Shown here one piece after another: positions 24,134 through 37,016 of a DNA stretch of 64,000 bases. The stretch spans positions 6,743,545 through 6,807,544 of the forward strand of contig JBJCIZ010000239.1 in assembly GCA_051294375.1 (NCBI GenBank), read 5' to 3'. The first letter of the stretch is position 1. The number at the start of each line of letters is the position of its first letter. This stretch comes from Paraspadella gotoi (Eukaryota; Animalia; Chaetognatha). The notes beneath the pieces were generated by a model that saw only the letters and a program-made list of their open reading frames with translations, was not told the origin of the DNA and made no database searches. A program made the translations under genes and the position numbers.

Positions 24134-25143
24134 GGGGGGTGGTCTTAAGCTCGACAGGTCTGATCGAGGCCGGACACATATGATGAGAGAAGTGATAAGT
24201 GAGTCTCCCTCCCACGATTTTAAATTTCATACTTCTCTCTCCTCTTTCCCCCCCCCTTTCCCTTCTCTCTTCTCCCACTTCCGTCTCTCTTCTTTCTTCC
24301 CCTCCCTTTTTTTCCTTCCCCTTCCCTTCCCTCCCTCTTTTCCTCCCTAACTCTCCCTTCCCCTTCCCCTCCCCTTTCTCTCCTCTCTCTTCCCTCTCCA
24401 CCCTAATAGGCTTCGAGACTATCAACTCCAAGTTGAAGGAGATGTACCAAACCATCACCCTGGGCGGCGACGCCGAACTCGAGCTCGAAGACTCCCTCGA
24501 CCCCTTCGCCGAAGGGGTGAGCTTCAGCGTGCGGCCGCCGAAGAAGACGTGGAAGAAGATCACCAACTTGTCGGGCGGAGAAAAGACGCTCTCCTCCTTG
24601 GCGCTTGTCTTCGCCCTTCATCACTACAAGCCGACCCCCTTCTACGTCATGGACGAGATCGACGCCGCGCTCGACTTCAAGAACGTCTCCATCGTCGGAC
24701 ACTACATCAAGGTGCTCGTCGAATGTCTCTTCCGAGCCTCGCCGGGGGAAATGGTCGGGCGGGCTTCTCGGGACGATCGATTTCGGTTGGGGATTTTTTT
24801 TCTCTTTTTTTTTATATTTGAAACGTGGAACGTTTTTTTTCCTCGACCTGCTTTTCGCATCTCCTCTCTCTCTCTCTTTCTCTCTCTCTTTCTTCAACAT
24901 TCTTTCTCTCCCCCTTCTTTCCAGGAAAGAACGAGCAACGCTCAATTCATCATCATCAGTCTCCGGCACAACATGTTCGAGTTGGCCAATCGTCTCGTCG
25001 GCATCTACAAAACCTTCAACTGCACCAAGTCGGTCGCGCTCTCGCTGGAGGATGAAGAGCGTCCCAACGAAGAGCCTCTGGAGGAAGAGCGAGGGACGCC
25101 GGCGGAAAGACTCGTCGAAGAAGCGGGCGTAACGCCAGCTTGA
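15991..25143 (+). CDS. SMC4: Structural maintenance of chromosomes 4 (condensin subunit), multi-exon, with apparent single-base indels in this assembly
   Basis: Motifs: [73 protein letters not shown], hinge [24 protein letters not shown] and [23 protein letters not shown]-terminal [66 protein letters not shown] and AQFIIISLR. Confidence 0.96.
16740..16946 (+). mobile_element. Family B repeat copy in an SMC4 intron
   Basis: Direct similarity to 10609-10864 (TTATGGCAACAGCCGGGTTGCCTGTGATGCCC...GTGAATATACCGCCAC). Confidence 0.7.
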
Positions 25144-25886
25144 GATCTTTTGTAATTCTTTGATTTCGCCGTTTAGTACGGGAAACGCTGTTACCGTTGT
25201 ATGCCTTTTATTTTTTACCAGCATTCCGTTTATCACATTTACTTTGTTACAAGGTAACGTTAATGTTTCAATATATATATATTTTATTCTTTACATTTTT
25301 CACAACCGTGTTTTCATTTTTTGAGGGCTTCTTTTCCAGAGAGGAAATGAGAAAGCGCAGTTAGCCGCAATGAACTAATCTCCGAAAACGAGACAAAAGC
25401 TTCTTAGCAAAAAAAAATGTCAGGTAGAACATACGTTTAAAGTTATTTTTAATTATTACAATTTAACGAAAAATGTCATTTATTTCGCCGCGCCGAACCC
25501 TGGGTTTTTGTTTCTTTGTTCTGCTTCTGGCTACATTGATTACGATTCAGTTGTATATACATTTCACGGTTGGTCGATAGAGCGAAAATAAAGTAAAGAA
25601 GTCGTCTCATAGATGTGACCTGTGACCAAAGTTTTGGAAGAGAGCTATGTTGAAAATGATAACATATATAACAAGGCAACGGGTGGACGTGTGTGATACC
25701 CGGGTTGTGAGGCATCTCCCGACAGCTGGTGCATAGAGTTTTGCACCTGAAGTGAACACTAGAGTGGCACGGTTCTTTTTATAGGAGGAAAAAGAAAATG
25801 AAAAAAATATACCATCTCTGTATGCTGTCAGGACAAGAGCTTAGGCTAAGTTGAAAAAATTTTTCAAATTCAGTTTGTTTTTTTTT

Positions 25887-26739
25887 AATTGCAGTGGAAG
25901 TTTGTAAGTTAATTTTTGAGAAAATTTGTTAACTTTTGTACTAATTTTACAAAATATAGACTCAATTCAAACATCTATTTGTCAAACAATATCATTAAAC
26001 CGAGAGCTTTAATTTAAGACCACTCCCAACTTTCTCCGACTTTTGGTTAAAAAGTTATTAATCAAAATATATTATTTTTTATTTAAAAAAGTAATGAAAT
26101 GGTGAGTAAAAAATTGAGGATCCCAACGAGTTCTATAGACAGACTTAAAAATAAATTTTTTCTTCAAGCTTCAATATAGGTACTTACTTCATCCCCAAAA
26201 TTTTGAAAAAATATTAATTTTTAAATTTTTAAATAATTATCATAATGATAAGATATAAGTTTAATTAATATATATAAAAGACTAGAAACTATAGATGTGA
26301 CCTTCATTTTGAGACCATTGCCAGACCTTTATGATAAATATTTATGAGATACTACAAAAAAGCCCCAAAAATCTTTAAAAAATGTAATTTTTAATTTATT
26401 TTAAGTATTATCTCAGTTCATATATGTTTTATTTTAAGTAAATGATTTATTCAGCAGATAAAGTGTAAGGCAAATTTTAATTTCATTAGTTGTATTATTT
26501 TATCATAAATTTAATCAAGACACTTAATTTTCAGCAAATTTTGCAAAATACATTATTTTAATTTTTACAGCCAACAAAGTACTAAAATGGGTAAATTAAA
26601 GCTTAAATTAAAGCTCTCGGTTTACTAAATTGTTTTGAATATAGATGTTTGAATTGAGTAATATATTTGCACAAATTAGGTACAAAAGTTATCAAATTTT
26701 CTCAAAAAATTAGACTTCACCTAACTTCTTACTGCAATT
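25887..26739. mobile_element. Non-autonomous foldback/MITE-like element with ~130-bp imperfect terminal inverted repeats
   Basis: 25887-26020 (AATTGCAGTGGAAG...AAACCGAGAGCTTTAATTTAAG) is the reverse complement of ~26602-26739 (CTTAAATTAAAGCTCTCGGTTT...ACTGCAATT). The interior is AT-rich and non-coding. Confidence 0.7.
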
Positions 26740-29700
26740 CCCGGCCGATGCCCCACTTAGGAGTCTACGTACGTTCTTAAGAAATCGAGGAAGACTTTTT
26801 CAATGGAAGATTTTCGTTAAAATCTGAAACTACCAAATAATGTCACGCCCCTGGAAAATCCAAGATAAAAAATAGATGGTAAAAAACACTCGATTCGAAT
26901 CCTGTTACAATCTCAAGGGCTCGCATTTTTTTCTCTTGAACAAATAACCAACTTTTGACATCAAACCATCAGATTCCAAATGGACTGGTCCCGCTCGGGA
27001 AAAATCATTTTCCATGCTATTTTATATATAAAATAAAGGGATTTCTTAACTTCAATACAAGTCAACGCATTTAAGGTATGTTGTCATTTTACAATAAACT
27101 TCAAAACATTCAGGAATCCGATTAGCCTTATGTCTGAAGGGCTCGCAAAATTTTCTTTTTCTGTATTTAGTCATTTACATATCTAACGGTCAGGTATAAA
27201 GTGCAAATAGTCCAGTTTATTATCATTGCGAAATTTTTAATTTAACATAAAAATAAAGCAGAGAAGAATGAATTTTTATTTAATACGAAATCTAAAGGAA
27301 AATCCTTGATTTCCCAATCAGGTTACTAGCAAAAACGATGTTCTTATTTTTTTCCCTGTTTATCCTTGAATCAGCTGACAAGTGCAGCAGCGCTCGGACT
27401 TAAAGCGACAGCAGCAGTGGCAGAGGGGCAAGAAGTATGCAGAGCGAGATCATCGCGGCCTTCGGAAATGGAATCGGATCAGGAACGGTTCATACCGGGC
27501 CGAGTTCAACTGGCGGGTCAGAATATTTGGTCTCCTTGACAAAGTATCACGATGAGGTCATGGGCCGTTGAATGAAGAAGTGGGCATTACGGGAAGATCC
27601 GGTGAATTTTCCTTTCTGACGACCCGCCGAACTTGTCCCGGACTGCCGCCCCGATGCCGAACGCGCTTTGGCTGCAAGCCCTGCAAGTGCGAGATAGATG
27701 CCCTGCCACCGGTCAACGGACACGCCAGAGCTTAATCAATTTTAAGATGGTGAAACAAGGTAAAACTAAGGAGTTCTGTAATATATCCCTGTGGGATAAC
27801 GAAATTTTGGCGATCCCTGGAGGTTGAATTTCCCTCTGGAAGGCTTATGGGAAAACGAGAAAAGAAGAGGAAAAAATAAAGTTTGTTTTGTTTTAACGAG
27901 GAAAAAAAAAATTTAAGATCGTAACACAATGATAATTAAAAACGTTTTTTAAGCTTCACGAGCTAAGGATTTTTTTTAAAATTCTTTAAAAAATTAATTA
28001 TTATAATTCTTTTTCATGCCAATTGAATAGATAATTTACAAATAACAGGTTTTTATTTTTGTGAGATAACACACGATTTATTTTAAATAATTCGATAATG
28101 TTTTGGTTCTTGTTTTTTTGAACCTTTCATCAACCAGTTTTATAGTTTTAAGAAATATTTGGATACTACTTGAGAGAATGAGAGAGAGCGCAATTATTAA
28201 CTTTGATATATCTCACTAGATACCTCACTCGAGAGCCAATATTAGTTTAATTTTGTTTTATATATTTTTATGCCGGTCCCTGGGGATGATATCAATATTC
28301 ACTTTGCAAAAAAAAACACGTTTTTTTTATCGCTACAATGGTTTCCGAGATATAGTCCATAAACGTCAGGCCTTTAAACGGCAAAATTTTTGTCAGAATA
28401 AAATTTTCGAGTTTCTTCTTAGATTCTGACAAGCACTACGTACAAACTATTTAAAAAAATAGAGAAAACGTTTTGCTGAATTTTTCCCAGCATAACTCCA
28501 TTAATTGTAAGGAAACGATAGGTAAACCTTGAAAGTGATATGTCTCAACGAGGACGAAAAAGTTTTTCTTTAAGTTTTTATAATGTTAAAAATTTAGGTA
28601 ATTGTACCCGAATAGGCCTAATTAAATTGAGATACTCCGCGCTTGGTGCCGAAATTTTTATTTAACAAGATTTGACTAGGCGTAGTTTCAAATTCCTTAG
28701 TTCTCTCACGGTAAAGAAAAGTTTATTTTCTTGAATAACCCTTTGGAAAGAAAAGAGGTAGAAAGTGGGGTGGGTATGTAAATTAAAGCCCTAATCATGG
28801 GACACCTCTCTGAAATCAGGTTTATTAAAATTTTATCCAATCAATCTTAACAAAACAGCTTTTCATTTAAATCGGAGTTACAAGTATAACATTTTTTGCA
28901 TTAAAAATTTCAATGAAGGCATGTGAAATTTTTTTTGCTTCTTTTGTAATTTGAAAAAGGAAAGACTAAATTACATTTTGATTAAGCCAATTAAATTAGC
29001 TCTACTTCTATAAATTTGCTTGTATTTTTTAGTTAAAAAGTAAAAAACAAAGCAAAATTTTATGAAGTAGCGGTGGATAAATGTTTTTTAAAAATATGAA
29101 AAAATGATAAAATACATAAAAAAAATATTTTAGATTTGATATAAACAGTTCTTGGACATCTACCTTCTTGTCTTGAAAAAAAAATTGTCCAATTTTTCCA
29201 TTATCTTCAACTGCAAACAAAAGCTGAACACGAACTGCTTTGTTTTCATAATAAAATTAAAAAATTAGCATAGCTGGTGACATATTTGACAAAGCAAGAA
29301 CATCTATTGTGTTTTTATTTGTAATTGATAATTTTCCATTTTAAATATAACACCTTTATACAAGGAATTTTAATTCCTAATTACTTATCATCCGTTTTAA
29401 ATTAAGAAAATAAAAATTCGCGAAATAGGCCCATTGGAAAGGGTTCATTGACTGAACTTAATGATCAAATTTTGTTAGGTTTCTTTACTGCCACCCTTTT
29501 CACAAGACATAAAAGGTCATGATAATCATGTCAAGTATGTCCATATTATCTGTACCTCTTTCTGCAATCCTGCATTCTGAAAATTTTCTTTTTTTCCCTT
29601 TCAAATGTATTTAAATAAAAAAAATTATTGAGAGATGATTGGCGTGGGAGGATGCCATTGGTAAGCCTTAGTTTACCTCCACTTCCCCGATCGAATTTTA

Positions 29701-32700
29701 AAACGAAAGGTTTTTTTTCCATCTATTCGAGACATAGACATACCTATGGTACTAATTAATTTTTTATTTTTTCATGAATTTTGTGTAATCCAGAGAAACG
29801 TTAGCGTGTCAAAAAATTATGGAAAAAAAAGAGATAAAAGTTCTGAACAAATTTAGGGAGACATTTATCGGAGGAATCTACTCTCACTCCTTCCGAATTA
29901 TTAAATGGACATTTTAATCAATAAAATAAACTCTGTTACTTTGGTAAATATTATTTTAATATTTTTAGAAGATTAATATTAATAATTTAAATATTATTTT
30001 TGAAATGTTAAATTATTGTATTATTTAAGGCCGAAACTTAATTTTAAATTTAATCTCTAATTTACCGCTAACTTTAACCCCTAACCAAACTTACCCCTAA
30101 CTAAACTTACCTCTACCCCTAACTTACCCCCTAAACCCAAACTTAACCCCTGAGCGCGACTTACGCACTGGTCCCATCTCTAAACCCTTCCTCTCTCCTC
30201 TTTCTTCGAGCCGGTCTATTCCACACGGTCACTTTGCCCTAGCTTTGGCATGAACCTTAGATTGACCGGACACAGTAATAGGGCCGAGGAGACGCGTAAA
30301 GGTCAAGGTTGGTCCGGCGATTGATTAAAAGTGGATCAGGAGAGAGCTCGTCTCACTTCTTTCTAACTTCTCTTACATCGTCACAATTCTTCCACTCTCC
30401 TTCATATTTATTATTACAGATTCTTCTCTTCCTACAATACCCCTAACCTTAAACTTACCACCAAGCTTTTTTTAAACCCTTAAATTTTGTTTTCTAGTTA
30501 TTCCTACACTTTATTCGAATTTATTTTTAACCATAATTTATTTGGTAACCTTAATTTAACTCCAAATATTATATTGGACTGTACATTTCATATAACAAAC
30601 AATAAAAAATATTTAAAACAAAATTATATCTGAATTCCTTTATTTTTTTTTTCCTCAAAACGTTATCCTCTTCCGTTCCATTCTCGTTCCTCTTCTTTTT
30701 TTCCTTAATTATTTAAAAAAAAACTGCTGCTTCGTTTTCCCCCAGAGGCCTCCAGAGGGCATTGATCTCCAGGAAGGCCGATTATGGCATTAGTTATAAG
30801 TATAAAAATAAAAAGTGTTTCAATTTTTGGCCCGCCCCTAAACTATATTATTTATAATATATACTGACACATTTGAAACCGACAATATTTTACTTTGAAA
30901 TAACCAGTCTCCGGTGTCATTCTGTCGTTTTTTCCAAGCTTCTTCCCAAGCCTCTCTTAAAAAAAGTTTTATTTAAAAAAAACTTTTTTTTCCGCNNNNN
31001 NNNNNNNNNNNNNNNNNNNNAATATTAATTTTAATTTTTAAATAATTTATCATAATGATATGATATAAGTTTACTTAATATATATATAGACTAGAAACTA
31101 TAGAATGTGACCTTCATTTTGAGCCTATTGCCAACACTTTATGATAAATATTTATTGAGATACTACAAAAAAAGCCCCAAAAAATCTTTAAAAAATGTAA
31201 TTTTTAATTTATTTAAGTATTATCTCAGTTCATATATGTCTTATTTTAAGTCAAATGATTTATTCAGCAGATGAAAGTGTAAGGCAAATATTAAATTTCA
31301 TTAGTTGTATTATTTTATCATAATTTAATCAAGAACTTAATTTTCAGCAAATTTTTGCCAAAATTACATTACTTTTAATTTTTACAGCAACAAAGTACTA
31401 AAACGGGTAAATTAAAGCTTAAATTAAAGCTCTCGGTTACTAATATTGTTTGACATATAGATGTTTGAATTGAGTATATATTTTGCAAAATTAGTACAAA
31501 AGTTATCAAATTTTCTCAAAAATTAACTCTCACCAACTTCTACTGCAATTCCCGGCCGATGCCCCACTTAGGAGTCTACGTACGTTCTTAAGAAATCGAG
31601 GAAGACTTTTTCAATGGAAGATTTTCGTTAAAATCTGAAACTACCAAATAATGTCACGCCCCTGGAAAATCCAAGATAAAAAATAGATGGTAAAAAACAC
31701 TCGATTCGAATCCTGTTACAATCTCAAGGGCTCGCATTTTTTTCTCTTGAACAAATAACCAACTTTTGACATCAAACCATCAGATTCCAAATGGACTGGT
31801 CCCGCTCGGGAAAAATCATTTTCCATGCTATTTTATATATAAAATAAAGGGATTTCTTAACTTCAATACAAGTCAACGCATTTAAGGTATGTTGTCATTT
31901 TACAATAAACTTCAAAACATTCAGGAATCCGATTAGCCTTATGTCTGAAGGGCTCGCAAAATTTTCTTTTTCTGTATTTAGTCATTTACATATCTAACGG
32001 TCAGGTATAAAGTGCAAATAGTCCAGTTTATTATCATTGCGAAATTTTTAATTTAACATAAAAATAAAGCAGAGAAGAATGAATTTTTATTTAATACGAA
32101 ATCTAAAGGAAAATCCTTGATTTCCCAATCAGGTTACTAGCAAAAACGATGTTCTTATTTTTTTCCCTGTTTATCCTTGAATCAGCTGACAAGTGCAGCA
32201 GCGCTCGGACTTAAAGCGACAGCAGCAGTGGCAGAGGGGCAAGAAGTATGCAGAGCGAGATCATCGCGGCCTTCGGAAATGGAATCGGATCAGGAACGGT
32301 TCATACCGGGCCGAGTTCAACTGGCGGGTCAGAATATTTGGTCTCCTTGACAAAGTATCACGATGAGGTCATGGGCCGTTGAATGAAGAAGTGGGCATTA
32401 CGGGAAGATCCGGTGAATTTTCCTTTCTGACGACCCGCCGAACTTGTCCCGGACTGCCGCCCCGATGCCGAACGCGCTTTGGCTGCAAGCCCTGCAAGTG
32501 CGAGATAGATGCCCTGCCACCGGTCAACGGACACGCCAGAGCTTAATCAATTTTAAGATGGTGAAACAAGGTAAAACTAAGGAGTTCTGTAATATATCCC
32601 TGTGGGATAACGAAATTTTGGCGATCCCTGGAGGTTGAATTTCCCTCTGGAAGGCTTATGGGAAAACGAGAAAAGAAGAGGAAAAAATAAAGTTTGTTTT

Positions 32701-35700
32701 GTTTTAACGAGGAAAAAAAAAATTTAAGATCGTAACACAATGATAATTAAAAACGTTTTTTAAGCTTCACGAGCTAAGGATTTTTTTTAAAATTCTTTAA
32801 AAAATTAATTATTATAATTCTTTTTCATGCCAATTGAATAGATAATTTACAAATAACAGGTTTTTATTTTTGTGAGATAACACACGATTTATTTTAAATA
32901 ATTCGATAATGTTTTGGTTCTTGTTTTTTTGAACCTTTCATCAACCAGTTTTATAGTTTTAAGAAATATTTGGATACTACTTGAGAGAATGAGAGAGAGC
33001 GCAATTATTAACTTTGATATATCTCACTAGATACCTCACTCGAGAGCCAATATTAGTTTAATTTTGTTTTATATATTTTTATGCCGGTCCCTGGGGATGA
33101 TATCAATATTCACTTTGCAAAAAAAAACACGTTTTTTTTATCGCTACAATGGTTTCCGAGATATAGTCCATAAACGTCAGGCCTTTAAACGGCAAAATTT
33201 TTGTCAGAATAAAATTTTCGAGTTTCTTCTTAGATTCTGACAAGCACTACGTACAAACTATTTAAAAAAATAGAGAAAACGTTTTGCTGAATTTTTCCCA
33301 GCATAACTCCATTAATTGTAAGGAAACGATAGGTAAACCTTGAAAGTGATATGTCTCAACGAGGACGAAAAAGTTTTTCTTTAAGTTTTTATAATGTTAA
33401 AAATTTAGGTAATTGTACCCGAATAGGCCTAATTAAATTGAGATACTCCGCGCTTGGTGCCGAAATTTTTATTTAACAAGATTTGACTAGGCGTAGTTTC
33501 AAATTCCTTAGTTCTCTCACGGTAAAGAAAAGTTTATTTTCTTGAATAACCCTTTGGAAAGAAAAGAGGTAGAAAGTGGGGTGGGTATGTAAATTAAAGC
33601 CCTAATCATGGGACACCTCTCTGAAATCAGGTTTATTAAAATTTTATCCAATCAATCTTAACAAAACAGCTTTTCATTTAAATCGGAGTTACAAGTATAA
33701 CATTTTTTGCATTAAAAATTTCAATGAAGGCATGTGAAATTTTTTTTGCTTCTTTTGTAATTTGAAAAAGGAAAGACTAAATTACATTTTGATTAAGCCA
33801 ATTAAATTAGCTCTACTTCTATAAATTTGCTTGTATTTTTTAGTTAAAAAGTAAAAAACAAAGCAAAATTTTATGAAGTAGCGGTGGATAAATGTTTTTT
33901 AAAAATATGAAAAAATGATAAAATACATAAAAAAAATATTTTAGATTTGATATAAACAGTTCTTGGACATCTACCTTCTTGTCTTGAAAAAAAAATTGTC
34001 CAATTTTTCCATTATCTTCAACTGCAAACAAAAGCTGAACACGAACTGCTTTGTTTTCATAATAAAATTAAAAAATTAGCATAGCTGGTGACATATTTGA
34101 CAAAGCAAGAACATCTATTGTGTTTTTATTTGTAATTGATAATTTTCCATTTTAAATATAACACCTTTATACAAGGAATTTTAATTCCTAATTACTTATC
34201 ATCCGTTTTAAATTAAGAAAATAAAAATTCGCGAAATAGGCCCATTGGAAAGGGTTCATTGACTGAACTTAATGATCAAATTTTGTTAGGTTTCTTTACT
34301 GCCACCCTTTTCACAAGACATAAAAGGTCATGATAATCATGTCAAGTATGTCCATATTATCTGTACCTCTTTCTGCAATCCTGCATTCTGAAAATTTTCT
34401 TTTTTTCCCTTTCAAATGTATTTAAATAAAAAAAATTATTGAGAGATGATTGGCGTGGGAGGATGCCATTGGTAAGCCTTAGTTTACCTCCACTTCCCCG
34501 ATCGAATTTTAAAACGAAAGGTTTTTTTTCCATCTATTCGAGACATAGACATACCTATGGTACTAATTAATTTTTTATTTTTTCATGAATTTTGTGTAAT
34601 CCAGAGAAACGTTAGCGTGTCAAAAAATTATGGAAAAAAAAGAGATAAAAGTTCTGAACAAATTTAGGGAGACATTTATCGGAGGAATCTACTCTCACTC
34701 CTTCCGAATTATTAAATGGACATTTTAATCAATAAAATAAACTCTGTTACTTTGGTAAATATTATTTTAATATTTTTAGAAGATTAATATTAATAATTTA
34801 AATATTATTTTTGAAATGTTAAATTATTGTATTATTTAAGGCCGAAACTTAATTTTAAATTTAATCTCTAATTTACCGCTAACTTTAACCCCTAACCAAA
34901 CTTACCCCTAACTAAACTTACCTCTACCCCTAACTTACCCCCTAAACCCAAACTTAACCCCTGAGCGCGACTTACGCACTGGTCCCATCTCTAAACCCTT
35001 CCTCTCTCCTCTTTCTTCGAGCCGGTCTATTCCACACGGTCACTTTGCCCTAGCTTTGGCATGAACCTTAGATTGACCGGACACAGTAATAGGGCCGAGG
35101 AGACGCGTAAAGGTCAAGGTTGGTCCGGCGATTGATTAAAAGTGGATCAGGAGAGAGCTCGTCTCACTTCTTTCTAACTTCTCTTACATCGTCACAATTC
35201 TTCCACTCTCCTTCATATTTATTATTACAGATTCTTCTCTTCCTACAATACCCCTAACCTTAAACTTACCACCAAGCTTTTTTTAAACCCTTAAATTTTG
35301 TTTTCTAGTTATTCCTACACTTTATTCGAATTTATTTTTAACCATAATTTATTTGGTAACCTTAATTTAACTCCAAATATTATATTGGACTGTACATTTC
35401 ATATAACAAACAATAAAAAATATTTAAAACAAAATTATATCTGAATTCCTTTATTTTTTTTTTCCTCAAAACGTTATCCTCTTCCGTTCCATTCTCGTTC
35501 CTCTTCTTTTTTTCCTTAATTATTTAAAAAAAAACTGCTGCTTCGTTTTCCCCCAGAGGCCTCCAGAGGGCATTGATCTCCAGGAAGGCCGATTATGGCA
35601 TTAGTTATAAGTATAAAAATAAAAAGTGTTTCAATTTTTGGCCCGCCCCTAAACTATATTATTTATAATATATACTGACACATTTGAAACCGACAATATT

Positions 35701-35806
35701 TTACTTTGAAATAACCAGTCTCCGGTGTCATTCTGTCGTTTTTTCCAAGCTTCTTCCCAAGCCTCTCTTAAAAAAAGTTTTATTTAAAAAAAACTTTTTT
35801 TTCCGC
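26210..35806. repeat. Tandem direct duplication of ~4.8 kb (26210-30995 and 31021-35806), probably an assembly artefact
   Basis: Identical ORFs recur at a constant offset of 4811 (27633/32444, 29029/33840). Both copies end on the same base (...TTTTCCGC) just before a 25-N gap. Only the first ~500 bp differ, mostly by indels. Confidence 0.9.
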
Positions 35807-35955
35807 NNNNNNNNNNNNNNNNNNNNNNNNNTTATTAATTATATGTCCATTCCATAGGCAGCAAAAAAAATCAATCTTTTCATCACTCCACCCTAGTGAA
35901 CACCCACTTTTAACAATTTGCCTTATCGGCCAAATATGTTGGGATATAAAACAAG

Positions 35956-36985
35956 GGCAAGAGTGAGGCTATTGTTACCCAAGCCTCAATTATCAACGAA
36001 ATCACGGATAACTTGGCGTCGACAATGGAGCCGTCGTCTTCCGCCAATGTCGGCGATAAGGCGTCGCCAAGCGGCCACGCGCTCTCCGTACATCCTTGCC
36101 ACGCTTCCGTTCGCGACATATCCGCTTCTCTCCTTTCGAATCTCCGCGCCTCTGGTGTCAAACTTTTCCTCCTCGAGACGCGCGACATCTTGAGAGCGGC
36201 GACGTCGCCGGACAGTTTGACGCGTCGGTTTCTCGACGAGGACGTCGTCTCTCGTTTTGGTGTTTCGTCCTGATACGTCGAAAAATTGTACGAAGCTCTG
36301 GCAGCGTTCGAGCCTGTGCGGCAAGGTCAGCGTGCTGAGGGTCGTGAGCGCAACGTAGATACGAGTGTCTTCGTAGTCGTGGGAAATCAGCAACGACACT
36401 CTCGGCGGGTTGCTCAAGACGCCCAGAATTCCCTTTTTTTTGGTGGAAGCGGTTCCATTTTCGCGTCTTCCATCTTCGCGGAAGAAAAGGTTTATCTCGT
36501 TATTTGGAATGAAAAGAAATTGAAATGAGGAGCGGTTGAGCAATTTTTTTTATTTTTTTTTTTTGAATTGAGTGTTTGCTGGCCGTAAACCCCGAACTAT
36601 GTAAATTTTAACCAATTCTTTATTTAATTCCTAATTTAAAACTATGACCCTGTGGCGGTATATTCACACCATCGGTTTATATTCACCATCGTTCAGCCAA
36701 TCCCATTGGCTCAGAGGAAGAATGCACCATCCCAAGCGTTATGTTCCATCCATAGTCCTTACGACTTTCCTATGCGTTGGCAAGGCGAGACTGGCACAGT
36801 TACCCTAGGACAGTGGCAGGCAGCGCAAGCCCAAGGACAGTCTCGCTTTGCCAATGCAGAGGGAAGTCGTAAGGACTGTAGAATCTACAGTGTAGATGGA
36901 GCATAACGCTTGGGATGGTACATTCCCCCTCTGAGACAATGGTATTGGCTGAACGATGGTATGAAATTGGTACAACCAATATAAA

Positions 36986-37016
<31 letters not shown>

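Noticed and set aside
21044-24566. ORFs rich in ERERER, SLSLSL or F/S/P runs
   Set aside because: They are translations of intronic (AG)n/(CT)n microsatellites and pyrimidine tracts.
1-25143. Viral (giant virus or Maverick) or prokaryotic origin of the replication gene cluster
   Set aside because: The genes have many spliceosomal introns carrying host repeats and resemble animal orthologues, and no capsid, polB or integrase genes are present.
27633-27827. Duplicated small ORF MSRTAAPMP... (also at 32444) as a gene pair
   Set aside because: It has a non-ATG start and no recognisable motif, and the second copy comes from the probable assembly duplication.
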